64,000 nt of DNA. Origin: a virus. The first letter of the stretch is position 1, and each line of letters opens with the position of its first letter. This document shows, piece by piece, positions 30,233-40,525 of the stretch. The translations under genes were made by a program, and so were the position numbers. The stretch spans positions 1-64,000 of IMG/VR virus record IMGVR_UViG_3300020477_001849, one strand, 5' to 3'. The notes under the pieces are model-generated. The model did not search any database. It was not told where the DNA came from and saw nothing but the letters and a program-made list of their open reading frames with translations.

Positions 30233-30260
30233 ATTTTAAGCACTTTCAAGTATTTTTACA
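30233..30260 (-). promoter_or_regulatory. Putative promoter TGTAAA-N16-TAAAAT upstream of neuB
   Basis: Same architecture as four other intergenic sites. Confidence 0.4.
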
Positions 30261-31186
30261 AGCTTTTGTGCTGCAAACTGGTAGGCTAGGTTTTGTGCAT
30301 CTATTGTTGAGCCGCCTACATGGGGTGTCACCGTAACATATTCGTCAGGCATTGACAGAAGCCTACTGGCTCTATTATCGTCAAATTCCCCCTCTATAAC
30401 ATCTGTTGCATAATGAGATACTAGTTTTTTCTCTATGGCTCTAAGGATATCATCTTCACAAACTATTTCTCCCCTTGATGTGTTAACCACAACTAGGCCA
30501 GGGCGTGCAAGGCACAAAACATCATTATTTATCATATGCACCGTTTCTTTATTAACATGTACGTGTATAGAAAGTGCATCTATTATTGGCATCATTTCAT
30601 GGATGCTGTTAACGCGTGTATATCTTTTGTCATCAACGTGAGGATCAACATAAAAAACCTCTGCACCGAAAGATGAGCAATATTCAGCCATCATAATGCC
30701 TAGCCTACCTAATCCTAAAATACCAACTGACATCTGATTTAACTGTCGTCCTAAAAATGGCCTCCAATCCCACCCTACATTCTTAGCATAAAAATTAGCT
30801 GGAACTGTCTTTCTAATACTAGACAATAATAACCCAAACGCATGCTCTGCAGTTGATGTAATCTCTTTAAGTAACTCATAATCTCTCGTTATAGAGATTA
30901 CCTGTATGTTATTGTTATCACAGTACTCCATCTCAATATGATTTAGGCCAGTAGATGCAGTACAGATTGTGGAGACGTTTGACCCATGAAGGAGGTGTTT
31001 ATTAAGCTTAAAGCCTTGCATATTGGGATTTGTGAAAATAACAGTAATATTTTTAGTCCTTAAAACGTCATAAAGATCCTCACTTGAGATGAGAGGCATC
31101 TGGAATAAATTTCCAGCATTACCTAGGATATTTGAAACATTTTCTAGGTGGTCAATTGGTGTAATACATAAGATATTGTTGTTCAT
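30236..31186 (-). CDS. D-isomer-specific 2-hydroxyacid dehydrogenase
   Basis: STAEHAFGL, GILGLGRLG, VNTSRG, ATDV, TPHVGG. Confidence 0.9.
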   Translation of the reverse strand: MNNNILCITPIDHLENVSNILGNAGNLFQMPLISSEDLYDVLRTKNITVIFTNPNMQGFKLNKHLLHGSNVSTICTASTGLNHIEMEYCDNNNIQVISITRDYELLKEITSTAEHAFGLLLSSIRKTVPANFYAKNVGWDWRPFLGRQLNQMSVGILGLGRLGIMMAEYCSSFGAEVFYVDPHVDDKRYTRVNSIHEMMPIIDALSIHVHVNKETVHMINNDVLCLARPGLVVVNTSRGEIVCEDDILRAIEKKLVSHYATDVIEGEFDDNRASRLLSMPDEYVTVTPHVGGSTIDAQNLAYQFAAQKLVKILESA

Positions 31187-31190
31187 ATTC

Positions 31191-31877
31191 CTACCTTTTC
31201 TTTACCATAATTCTTGCTAGCTCTAAATCTATAGGTTCATCAATATTAATCGTCCTTGACTCCGGCATTATGTAGGGCCTTGTGACATCCCCTAGTCTTG
31301 ATCCATATTCCTTTATTGTTTTAACCCTAAATGCATATATCGACCCATTCCTAATGTATGCAGGTGGTGTAAGATCTTGTCTCCTAGACTCCGGCACTTC
31401 AGGGTAAACATCAACAAGCGTATCATTCTCTATAAACTTAATTCTGCTAGGATGATAATCCCACACCCTGCATACAGAAACTGCACTGTCACCCCCTAGG
31501 TCATCTAGCTTTTTTATCACACCGTCGATATCACATGCTAGCTTTAAGGGATTTGTGCACATAACCTCGACTATATAATCATAATCGCCAGGAACAATAG
31601 ACAATACATGAAGTATTGCATCTGACGATTTTGAGGTATCTTTTGCTAAGCCCGTGGGCCTTAAGACCGTTGAAATACCTAGCGACTTAACAAAAGATAT
31701 AATTTCTTGATCATCACTTGACACTACATAATCATCGATAAACTCACTCTTCTTAACTTCATCAATTGTGTATTTCAGTAATGGTTGACCACATATGTCA
31801 ACCATGTTCTTTTTGGGTACACGTTTTGAACCTCCCCTCGCAAGAGTAATAGCCAAAACCCGCTTATCATTAATCAT
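31191..31877 (-). CDS. neuA: Acylneuraminate cytidylyltransferase (CMP-ulosonate synthetase)
   Basis: ARGGSKRVPKKN, VSSDD, TNPL, RRQDL, RNGSIY, NIDEPID. Confidence 0.9.
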   Translation of the reverse strand: MINDKRVLAITLARGGSKRVPKKNMVDICGQPLLKYTIDEVKKSEFIDDYVVSSDDQEIISFVKSLGISTVLRPTGLAKDTSKSSDAILHVLSIVPGDYDYIVEVMCTNPLKLACDIDGVIKKLDDLGGDSAVSVCRVWDYHPSRIKFIENDTLVDVYPEVPESRRQDLTPPAYIRNGSIYAFRVKTIKEYGSRLGDVTRPYIMPESRTINIDEPIDLELARIMVKKR

Positions 31878-31935
31878 ATTATCACCAACTACCCAAAATA
31901 AAGTTTAACACCATATTATAAAAAGAACAAGGGCA

Positions 31936-32664
31936 TCATATGTAGATTTTTTTAACGAGATAACACCCGCTAGCTATTGAGTCTTGTACCTGAATATCAG
32001 ATAAGCATGCATCATTAACGATCATCACTGATCCGGGCTCTTGCTTAAATCGTATAACTGGAGAAGAAAAAGATATTTCAGCATTGACATCTAATGATCT
32101 GCATATGCATGGGTTTAATTCACAGCTACATAACCTATGAGATCCTAGGACATATGAGTATAGGTCAAGATTATTGACATCAGGCTCTATAAAAAGTATG
32201 ACCGTGTAACTATTTTTCGAGCCAAAGCTTGAGGTCCTATGAATTTTTTTGGCAACAATATCTCGACCTGGAGGCAAAAGAAAACTATACTCCCTCTTTA
32301 TCATCCCACAAAAAATAGTATTTGAAATTGCATCAACTGCTGCATGCAAGGCACTGATTAATTCGCCTGTGAGATTTTGGGAGTTCCATATCCTTTGTAC
32401 CTTACCCCCATCTATCTCTAGCATTACCTCAGGTATAAGAGGGGTACCATTATTTTCATCAAATAATAAGTATGAGTCTACAGAGTTATTTTTGAATGAC
32501 CTAATTTTGCCTGTGTGCATTACAGGACTAGTTATCTTAGAGATATCATTCAAGACATTGGAGAAAATAGAGTGATCGACAAACACGTTTGACAAATATG
32601 CAACACCATCCTCTAACAGTATTGATATTGCATCTTCAAATAATTCTTGTATTACTGGATTCAC
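31936..32664 (-). CDS. Degenerate PhyH-like (double-stranded beta helix) protein
   Basis: LLEDGVAYLSNVF, YSYVLGSHR, PGSVMIVND resemble the PhyH scaffold but the metal ligands look missing. Confidence 0.4.
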   Translation of the reverse strand: MNPVIQELFEDAISILLEDGVAYLSNVFVDHSIFSNVLNDISKITSPVMHTGKIRSFKNNSVDSYLLFDENNGTPLIPEVMLEIDGGKVQRIWNSQNLTGELISALHAAVDAISNTIFCGMIKREYSFLLPPGRDIVAKKIHRTSSFGSKNSYTVILFIEPDVNNLDLYSYVLGSHRLCSCELNPCICRSLDVNAEISFSSPVIRFKQEPGSVMIVNDACLSDIQVQDSIASGCYLVKKIYI

Positions 32665-33403
32665 TTTTTAGTTTATGACTTTCCCTAAAGGGTATTAGAT
32701 CGACCCTGGAAGTATATTCGCTTAACCTTACAATCTCAATTTGCTTAATGTTTTCTTGAAATATAGAGAATACGATGTGATGATTATCTAGCCCGTTACG
32801 ATGAGGACGCGGGTTCAAGACGGATGGGGCCCGGTTCAACATTCTATTATCTAGATTTTTCTTGGCATCATTTGAAAAAAAATCAAATATGTCACCTTTT
32901 TTACCTATGATAAAATCATCAGCCAATCTTTTTGAGTCGTCATACAAAGTATTCCACTCAGGATTATCTCCGGGGAAATACACACGGGCTTTTTGAGAAT
33001 TTTCAGCTATTATATCATTGATCTTTAATTGCTTATTGTAGAACATGTCGAACCTGCAAGATAGTATTATGTCGTCATTGCAGTATTTTTCGCACATGTT
33101 TATGCTCTTATAGAGGCTATAAAATTTACTAAACCTACGCTGATCTTCTTGAGATACACCCTCAAAAACAATTTGATTCTCTATAACATGTGATGTTGGA
33201 TCGTATAGACTCAATATACTGTCTTTCTGATCAACGCTCCAGCTATGTATAAAAACATCAATCTTTTCGAAATCGCCTTCATTTGCTGCAATTACATTAT
33301 CCCTGAAATGTGAGAATAACTCATGAATATCCAGTGCACCGCCGGCATTATCTTTACCTTTCTTTCCTCCGACAATACCATGTATACAAACAGCTAGCCT
33401 CAT
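32636..33403 (-). CDS. Hypothetical glycosyltransferase-like protein
   Basis: Likely start MRLAVCIHG at 33403 (ORF-track extension overlaps the upstream gene); DVFIHSW, CRFD, DDFIIG motifs seen in phage GT-like proteins. Confidence 0.5.
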   Translation of the reverse strand: MRLAVCIHGIVGGKKGKDNAGGALDIHELFSHFRDNVIAANEGDFEKIDVFIHSWSVDQKDSILSLYDPTSHVIENQIVFEGVSQEDQRRFSKFYSLYKSINMCEKYCNDDIILSCRFDMFYNKQLKINDIIAENSQKARVYFPGDNPEWNTLYDDSKRLADDFIIGKKGDIFDFFSNDAKKNLDNRMLNRAPSVLNPRPHRNGLDNHHIVFSIFQENIKQIEIVRLSEYTSRVDLIPFRESHKLKSESSNTRII

Positions 33404-33407
33404 ACAA

Positions 33408-34214
33408 CTAACGACCCTCACGGTGTGAGTCAGAATAGAGTGCGCGCTTCGCTTCTTGTTTTTCCAATTCAGCACGCAGGACACCTACGGTATAGTTTGT
33501 GCGATATGCGGTTTCTTCCTCAAATTCAATATCTGATTTTTTCTTTATATCTGACCTGGCCTGTAAGACGATTGCCCGGCGATCGAAGGGGCCGTTGTTT
33601 GATGTTGAACCATGAAGAAGTAGGTGGTTAAATATTACAACATCACCAGGCTCCAGTTCCAAATTTAATATTCCATATTTCTGGTAGGCTCTTTCAACAT
33701 CTGTGTACGTCGTTATTCTCTTATGTCCCATGTTTGGACCAATGAAATCGATATGCTCCAATACACCCATCTTATGTGACTGCGGTATTATCTTTAAGCA
33801 TCCATTTTCTAAATTTTGAGGATCTAGTGGTACATATACTTGAGCAAAACAGTCCCAATCTTCTTTATTAAATCCGGGTGCAAATGTCTTAATATTATAC
33901 ACTTCCTGATGCCAGTTCTCCAACAAGCCATACCACCTAACTTTATTATGGACGTACAGGTGATTATAAACGTAATTTCCCAAAACTTTAGAAAGTACCT
34001 CATTTGTCGCCTTGTTGTTAACGATAAAGCCTAGGTTATTATCATCTACGAGATTACCCCACCCCCATGGTATTTCAGTGAACGGTATGAAGACTTTGGG
34101 AGGCATACTGTCTAGATAATTCTTTAAGTTATTGCACTCCTCCCTAGAAAAATTTGATTTTAATATTACGTACCCATTTTCATGATAACTCTTTATGATA
34201 TCTTTATTATCCAT
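33408..34214 (-). CDS. PhyH-family Fe(II)/2-oxoglutarate dioxygenase
   Basis: YHENGY, WHQE, PLD...ENGCLKIIPQSHK, PGDVVIFNHLLLHGS..N..DRRA. Confidence 0.85.
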   Translation of the reverse strand: MDNKDIIKSYHENGYVILKSNFSREECNNLKNYLDSMPPKVFIPFTEIPWGWGNLVDDNNLGFIVNNKATNEVLSKVLGNYVYNHLYVHNKVRWYGLLENWHQEVYNIKTFAPGFNKEDWDCFAQVYVPLDPQNLENGCLKIIPQSHKMGVLEHIDFIGPNMGHKRITTYTDVERAYQKYGILNLELEPGDVVIFNHLLLHGSTSNNGPFDRRAIVLQARSDIKKKSDIEFEEETAYRTNYTVGVLRAELEKQEAKRALYSDSHREGR

Positions 34215-35796
34215 GATGACCCCCTATTTTTCTCAATGTATTATACAGTTTTAGCTTTCCAAAATAGAACAAGAATTGATCAAATGGTGCATGGTGAAGG
34301 CTAGCCATATTTAGCCAAACGATGGCAGTCAATAAATCCATTTTCGCAGTATCAAATCCCATTTTTTCCACCTTTTCTCTAAATGTAGATTGACACTCAA
34401 CTAGATTATTGGATCTCAATATATCACACTTAATTTTATCAACACCAATCTCTAATTTAAACATGTCTCTATTAATAATGTCATGATTAACAACCAGGTT
34501 ATGATTCATCTTTGCAAGATCATAATAGATGTCGCCCCACTTAAGTTGGCCGCCAAAATCTTGCCTCCAGTCAATCGCTGTAAATGATCCATCACTAGTC
34601 ATTAATATATTTTCTAAAATAAAATCTCCATGAAACCAACATGGTATATCGGTGACTAAGTAGTCCCAATCAATACTGGCTATTAATTCTGATATAGGTG
34701 GAACAGCAATTCCATTTATGGGCAAGATGATTTCATTATATTTTTCAAGATAATCAGTAATTCTACCAGAGGTTTTTTCCTTATAGAACTTCATACACAC
34801 ATTACGGACTTCATCCCTAGAGACGCTGACGGGTACCCAGAGATTATCGTTTGCCCAGTCGATCAGGTCATTAATGATAGCAGCATTTATGTTAGAAGAT
34901 AGTACGTTCCCACTTATAAACTCGTAACAGTAAAAGTTCTTAGAGCTAGAAATGATATTAGGAAATACAGGGCTATTCTTTGCACGTGAGACCCGTCCGG
35001 AAACTACAGATTCATCATGAAAAAATTTTATAACCCGATCGCCAGAAGATGATATGGATTCTTTCTCTTTTCTTAAAACAGGAAAATTCTTCTTTTTAGT
35101 AGCATCAATATCGACTAATATCTCAAAACTACCTACATCATACCACTGGCTAAATTCATGAATATGACTAGCATATCCCTCTTTGATACACTCCTCCAGG
35201 CATTTTACGTCATTATTTTCTGGGTTACTTACGTCAGCATTATAAATTTGCCTCATCTTATCCCAAAATACCGAATAGTCAAAAACGCCTATTAAGCCTA
35301 TGTGTGCGTAGTCTCCCCTGTCTAAAGAATTCTTTAAGTGAAGCTTAACTACATTTCCTGATGTGTCTGCAGAGACGGTGCTGTATAGAGATGTGTTTTC
35401 TAGTTTCTTGACTACCCCTATCCAGTTTGTTGCATCAACTGCTGGTATAGGTCCATCAACTATAGTGTCACATGCATTAAAAATAAATGGGCATTGTAGA
35501 TGTTCATGGGCACAAAGCATTGAGTAAGCTAAGCTGCTACCATCATTTTCGTAATTATCTACATCAACAAAGATAAAATCCCTATCAGGATATGCTATTT
35601 TACAGTACTGCCTAACATGATCACCATAATAACCTAACGTAATTACTATAGTCATGCCCTTTGGGTAATTATCTATTATTCTTCCAATAGCTAGTTTATC
35701 GCCCACGCTTACAAGCGACTTATTGGTATATTTTGTTAAGTTACCTAGCCTTTCCCCTTTTCCTGTGCATGTTATTAAAACCCGTGTTTTCATCAT
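34207..35796 (-). CDS. Fused sugar nucleotidyltransferase + choline/aminoglycoside kinase-like domain
   Basis: GKGERL..LT....KSL and WYDVG (NTP transferase); HGDFILENI, IDWRQDFGG, YYDLAK (kinase). Confidence 0.85.
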   Translation of the reverse strand: MMKTRVLITCTGKGERLGNLTKYTNKSLVSVGDKLAIGRIIDNYPKGMTIVITLGYYGDHVRQYCKIAYPDRDFIFVDVDNYENDGSSLAYSMLCAHEHLQCPFIFNACDTIVDGPIPAVDATNWIGVVKKLENTSLYSTVSADTSGNVVKLHLKNSLDRGDYAHIGLIGVFDYSVFWDKMRQIYNADVSNPENNDVKCLEECIKEGYASHIHEFSQWYDVGSFEILVDIDATKKKNFPVLRKEKESISSSGDRVIKFFHDESVVSGRVSRAKNSPVFPNIISSSKNFYCYEFISGNVLSSNINAAIINDLIDWANDNLWVPVSVSRDEVRNVCMKFYKEKTSGRITDYLEKYNEIILPINGIAVPPISELIASIDWDYLVTDIPCWFHGDFILENILMTSDGSFTAIDWRQDFGGQLKWGDIYYDLAKMNHNLVVNHDIINRDMFKLEIGVDKIKCDILRSNNLVECQSTFREKVEKMGFDTAKMDLLTAIVWLNMASLHHAPFDQFLFYFGKLKLYNTLRKIGGHHG

Positions 35797-36488
35797 GGAA
35801 CCAGCTTTTTCTCTATCTCAGATACAAATGAATTGATAGTATCATTTAAAGGACCGTCTTGAGGCCTGAAGATAGTACTTGAACCGCACACCAATATAGA
35901 TGCTCCAGCCTTAATTAAATCTGCTGAATTATCTTTTTTCACTGACCCATCAATCTGTATTTCTATATCTTGACGACCTGCTGAATCTAGGTACGCACGA
36001 GTCATTTCTATCTTTTCATAGAGTGGAGGCCAAATTCCCTGGTTTAAAACACCGGGATTAATTCCCATTAGTAGTACCAGCTTTACAGCTGGATTATCTA
36101 TGATCCACTTAAGCGTAGATTCATTTGTAGCTGTATTTAATATAATTCCTGCATCCATTCCTGAAGCTTGAATTTTTTTTACAGTACGATTAACGTCATT
36201 ATTTCCCTCTACATGAACAGACATTAATGATAGGCCTGCTTGTGCAAATACATTGATATACGGCTCGGGGTTAGTGACCATCATATGAGCATCTATTTTT
36301 TTATCCGTATATCTTCTAATAGCAGCTACCTGTTCCGGAAACATCCCCAGCCTAGGTACAAAAATACCGTCCATTACATCAATATGCAACCAATCAACTT
36401 GAGACTTATGTAGTGTCTCAGTCTCGCTACCTATGTTGGCTTGATCTGCACAGATCATCGATGCACTTATTTTCCACTCTCTATTCAT
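35793..36488 (-). CDS. rpe: Ribulose-phosphate 3-epimerase family
   Basis: LHIDVMDGIFVP, DAHMMV, VHVE, NPG, QIDG, LVCGSS. Confidence 0.9.
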   Translation of the reverse strand: MNREWKISASMICADQANIGSETETLHKSQVDWLHIDVMDGIFVPRLGMFPEQVAAIRRYTDKKIDAHMMVTNPEPYINVFAQAGLSLMSVHVEGNNDVNRTVKKIQASGMDAGIILNTATNESTLKWIIDNPAVKLVLLMGINPGVLNQGIWPPLYEKIEMTRAYLDSAGRQDIEIQIDGSVKKDNSADLIKAGASILVCGSSTIFRPQDGPLNDTINSFVSEIEKKLVP

Positions 36489-36492
36489 ATTA

Positions 36493-37056
36493 CTACTCTA
36501 AATTTGAATGTCTTTCCCACATCGACTCATGTGACTCGCCCATATGATCCATCATAAGTAAGACAATCGAATCGTACAACACCATTAATGATTGCTCATT
36601 CAATGTTGTCATGGGCTGAACTGATTTCCTATTGACATCATGTTTTGAACTAGCCCCCATTACAACCACATGATCAGCTAGTTTTCCTATTCTGGAATCT
36701 GGATTGCACGTTAAAAGGCATATCCTACACCCATTCTCATTAGCTCTTTTTACGATATCATAAATTGTTTGAGTTTCTCCTGACCCTGATGCAACTATTA
36801 GTAAGTCATTTTTTCCAATACACGGTACAGTTGAATCACCCAAGAACCATGAATTTAACCCTAGGTGCCCTAGCCTCATTGCAAATGCCTTAGATGCAAG
36901 GCCGACCCGGCCTGCGCCACATACCACGACCTTTTCTGCATTGAGTATATTTTCTACCAACCCATGAGACTCATCATGTGAAATATCCTTAAGCGCATTA
37001 GTAATCTCGGTCACGACGACCTGTATCTTGTCACCAATATTATACATCAATATCAC
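36493..37056 (-). CDS. hxlB: SIS-domain sugar-phosphate isomerase (6-phospho-3-hexuloisomerase-like)
   Basis: GAGRVG, FAMRLGHLG, SGSGET, QPMTTLNEQ, terminal RHSNLE. Confidence 0.85.
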   Translation of the reverse strand: MILMYNIGDKIQVVVTEITNALKDISHDESHGLVENILNAEKVVVCGAGRVGLASKAFAMRLGHLGLNSWFLGDSTVPCIGKNDLLIVASGSGETQTIYDIVKRANENGCRICLLTCNPDSRIGKLADHVVVMGASSKHDVNRKSVQPMTTLNEQSLMVLYDSIVLLMMDHMGESHESMWERHSNLE

Positions 37057-37399
37057 CTATACCCTTATTTCGAACCAAGTTAACCGCTACAGCAGTAGGT
37101 TCATTACTATTTGTTTTAAGGTCGTTAATCAACACACGAGGGCCACCGCCTACACCCATAATTAGTTGATCATAAAATATCCCAAGATTTTTTAATTGTA
37201 ATTCAGTTAAATCTCGCAATGATTCTCTCCGACCGGTGATCAGGATTATATTATACCCCTTAATATCCCATTCATTAAATTTCTCCCTAACACCGGGCAG
37301 TAATTCAGGTTCTTTGAATATCTGTGCATCTAGGCTACCATTGTGCCTGATGAGTGTGCCGTCTATGTCCGATATTATCGTTGTGGGTCTCTTCATCAT
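37040..37399 (-). CDS. Small HAD-superfamily phosphatase
   Basis: DIDGTL, LITGR, INDLK. Confidence 0.8.
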   Translation of the reverse strand: MMKRPTTIISDIDGTLIRHNGSLDAQIFKEPELLPGVREKFNEWDIKGYNIILITGRRESLRDLTELQLKNLGIFYDQLIMGVGGGPRVLINDLKTNSNEPTAVAVNLVRNKGIGDIDV

Positions 37400-38535
37400 A
37401 TTACTCCATTTGTCCTTAGGCCATTCAATATTTTAACAACGTTTTTTGAAAAAAGTTCTACGCAAAAATACTCTGCTGCTTTCTCTTTTCTGGGGTGAGC
37501 TAAACCTTTATCTAGATCATCTATGTTCTCAATTTCTACATTCATAAACTCATCCGGAAATTTTATAAAATCCGGTAAATATGGCAGGGAACCGAAATAC
37601 GGTTGGCTAGAGTAGTTCATAGAAATAGATTTACAGTTTGTGAAAAATGTTTCCCATGCGATGTGACTTCCTGACATATTAAATAGAAGATCTGAATAGA
37701 GTATGGCAGCATGGTGATCTTGGCTGTGTATTATCTTTACGTTCCCAAAACCAATCTCTAAAAATTCATATTGAGATGTACCTAAAGCACCAGGATAAGT
37801 TCTCTTGTATATCCCTGTATACTTACCTGAATTCTCATGAAAAATATAGTCATGAGGGTAGGTCTTTACTAGTATTTCATAGTCATTTTTACTAAAGTGG
37901 CTTATAATAGAGTCAAGAATTTCAACATTTTTATTAAACTGTTGTACATGACTAGCAGGATTAGATGGTGCAATAACAACCTTCTTTTTTGATACATCCA
38001 ACCCATATTTTAGGCAAAAATCTTCATAACCTATGGGAGGACCATACCCTGTAAAGCCAGGCATGTAGTAGTCATAATGTGGTGTACCTGCTACATAGAC
38101 ATTTTTCATGCCCATTTTATCTAACCATATTTTCCATGAGGGACCCTTTACCAAGTATACATCTGCCCTATAGTCAGTGAGTATATCAGATCCCCCTATA
38201 TCCCAAAGTCCATGAAGGCACTTTAGGTCTCCAGGGCTTAAGACTCGCCTATTTTTTGGAGCTATCTTAGGGCTTGACATAAGAAAATCATAGTCAGAAG
38301 AAACCTTTTTCAGGTCGTCCCAAGTGTCGATGACCTTGAGCCCTGGGCAGTCAACAAAATGTGGCTTATGAAAATGATATTTTTCGTTACCTGTAAATTG
38401 TTTATTGAGGCGGATATCTTTTGAAAACATTAAAAAATCAACATCAAAACTATCGCTTAAAGCATTATAGACATTTAGCGAATCGTAGGGTATGCTGCTC
38501 CAAAATAGATCTCCTGCAAATACTGCTACTTTCAT
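37396..38535 (-). CDS. Putative GT-B fold transferase (glycerophosphate/ulosonate transferase-like)
   Basis: GTPHYD, IAPS, VKTYPHD, SDLL..SGSHIAWE pattern. Confidence 0.5.
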   Translation of the reverse strand: MKVAVFAGDLFWSSIPYDSLNVYNALSDSFDVDFLMFSKDIRLNKQFTGNEKYHFHKPHFVDCPGLKVIDTWDDLKKVSSDYDFLMSSPKIAPKNRRVLSPGDLKCLHGLWDIGGSDILTDYRADVYLVKGPSWKIWLDKMGMKNVYVAGTPHYDYYMPGFTGYGPPIGYEDFCLKYGLDVSKKKVVIAPSNPASHVQQFNKNVEILDSIISHFSKNDYEILVKTYPHDYIFHENSGKYTGIYKRTYPGALGTSQYEFLEIGFGNVKIIHSQDHHAAILYSDLLFNMSGSHIAWETFFTNCKSISMNYSSQPYFGSLPYLPDFIKFPDEFMNVEIENIDDLDKGLAHPRKEKAAEYFCVELFSKNVVKILNGLRTNGVI

Positions 38536-39470
38536 TTCTTTGTTTTACCTATTATGTGACGAGCAATATCCACATACCCTATCGACATGTCATGTGGAAC
38601 CCTATTATATTTTTTTACCGCATCGGTATAGACATGGTATTTTAATATAAGCTGATCTAAACTTTTAATTAGCGAATCAAAGCATGAATAAGATAATCCA
38701 TACCCGCTACAATACTCGTTAATGCTTCCTCCTCCCTCATGAAACAGAACAGGGAGCCCACATGCCATGGCTTCTAAAACATGATTTGCGCCTGCTTCCT
38801 CTAGGCTAGCAGTTATATAAACGTCGTGCAAAGGAAGTTCGGCTGAAATCTGGCCAGTATCCATAGGCTCAAAGTATGTCATCCCATAATCTGGCAATGG
38901 GTGTCTAAACCTGCCAATATACGAAAATTGATATTTATCAGGATTTGCTTGACAAAAAGATGCTAATTCCCTGTAAGTCTCAAAGCCTTTTTTTTCGTTA
39001 TCAGACCAGTGATGAGTTACTATCCGAATAGGCTCTGATAGTGTATGGCCTAGTTTTCTGTGTTTATAGAAATCCTCTAGGGGTGAATTATTAATAATAC
39101 TGCAGTTATTTCCAGAAAAACCCACATATTCCTTAGCCCACTTGCTGGGGAAAATAACAAAGTCAGAATAAGCAGTGCTGGCCCTCACTAGTTCTGTGAG
39201 ATCTTTTTTCCCGTGGCTACCGGTATCACCTACCCGCTGCAGTATGGGTATACCATACTTCAGTTTTGCATTAATAAAATCCTGAAACCATACACCTTCA
39301 TCATTTGGCCGCGGGTCATGACAATAAATTAAATCCGCAGAAGCAATATCTTTCCAGCTATAGGATATCTCAAAACCAGAAGAGGCTAATTCTCTCTCTA
39401 AAGAAAGAAGAAATTTAGAACCGCCGCCCCATGGGCCTTGTACGGGTTTTCTATTTATATAAATTTTCAT
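38532..39470 (-). CDS. Glycosyltransferase, GT4-like
   Basis: GPWGGG, IFPS, ASLEEAGANHVLEAMACGLPV. Confidence 0.85.
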   Translation of the reverse strand: MKIYINRKPVQGPWGGGSKFLLSLERELASSGFEISYSWKDIASADLIYCHDPRPNDEGVWFQDFINAKLKYGIPILQRVGDTGSHGKKDLTELVRASTAYSDFVIFPSKWAKEYVGFSGNNCSIINNSPLEDFYKHRKLGHTLSEPIRIVTHHWSDNEKKGFETYRELASFCQANPDKYQFSYIGRFRHPLPDYGMTYFEPMDTGQISAELPLHDVYITASLEEAGANHVLEAMACGLPVLFHEGGGSINEYCSGYGLSYSCFDSLIKSLDQLILKYHVYTDAVKKYNRVPHDMSIGYVDIARHIIGKTKK

Positions 39471-40525
39471 TCTATACCAAAGTTGACTAGCTGGTTTTTA
39501 TGTGATGAATACTTTATCCCCTGTATCACTAGATTGTCTATGTAGCTATCTGTTACGCTATAGGTGTTTCCAGCGGCGGCAGCCAAAATTACAGATGCTA
39601 TAGCAATATCTTGATCACGGAGGTTGTACTCCGGAAATGGATTAGTCCACTTAACCCTAAATTCCTCGGCATCTATTGAGATGATACTATTATTAGATCT
39701 GGTAATTTTCGGTGACAAGCTAATCGTCTCATTCCCCATTAGAAACCGAATATCAATAATTTCATAATCGTTACTCTTATCCAGGCGGCGACCTGTGATT
39801 ATTGAACCATTCCTAGAATATCCCCTTAGCGTCTGTAATCCACGAGTCGGTGATATCTTGCATGGATAAGAGAAAGTGTGATTTATTACTGCACCTGATC
39901 TCATTTTCACTATCCCAATATCAAATATGTCATTTAATAACCTTTCCTGTATTGGAATTCCTTCCATGTTATTATGAGGAGGTAATAGAGCGCCGGTACT
40001 CATTGCATATGCAGAAACTGGAATGGTATTACTGCCTAGATAACTACGAAGTTGAGCTATAGCATGATAATCATACGACCTACAATCATTCTGTACCAGG
40101 AAGGGACGCTCTATAATTGATAAATCATACAATTTCTTTTTAAATTGCTCAAGAGGTAAAAATGGCCATTGTTCCATAACACCTACCGGTGAACTACATT
40201 CCCTTGATGCATTTACGACATTGATATCAACAATTGGTGTATCTAATAGAATAGTACCTGAAAATCCTTTAAGCGCATGAAGAGCGCTTAACTGAGCATC
40301 AACTGGAACTGATACTATTATTATGTCGGGAGAAGCTAGTACTAGGGAGTCTGGAGTGCGAAAATACTCAATCCCAAATTCTTTAGCATTTTTCTCGGCA
40401 GCATCATTATTTCTCCTATAGAATCCCGTTACGCTAAAATACTTCTCAAGCTTTTTGAGCAGAGGAACATAGACGTTTATGGCCCTTTTACCAAATCCAA
40501 AAAATGCGACCGTATGATTACTCAT
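39467..40525 (-). CDS. Gfo/Idh/MocA-family oxidoreductase
   Basis: GFGKRA Rossmann start, DIIIVSVP, LLDTP, YDYHAI. Confidence 0.7.
   Translation of the reverse strand: MSNHTVAFFGFGKRAINVYVPLLKKLEKYFSVTGFYRRNNDAAEKNAKEFGIEYFRTPDSLVLASPDIIIVSVPVDAQLSALHALKGFSGTILLDTPIVDINVVNASRECSSPVGVMEQWPFLPLEQFKKKLYDLSIIERPFLVQNDCRSYDYHAIAQLRSYLGSNTIPVSAYAMSTGALLPPHNNMEGIPIQERLLNDIFDIGIVKMRSGAVINHTFSYPCKISPTRGLQTLRGYSRNGSIITGRRLDKSNDYEIIDIRFLMGNETISLSPKITRSNNSIISIDAEEFRVKWTNPFPEYNLRDQDIAIASVILAAAAGNTYSVTDSYIDNLVIQGIKYSSHKNQLVNFGIE

Noticed and set aside
35793-37056. Ribulose monophosphate formaldehyde-fixation pathway
   Set aside because: The partner of hxlB has Rpe motifs (HIDVMDG), not hexulose-phosphate synthase motifs, and the context is sugar-nucleotide synthesis
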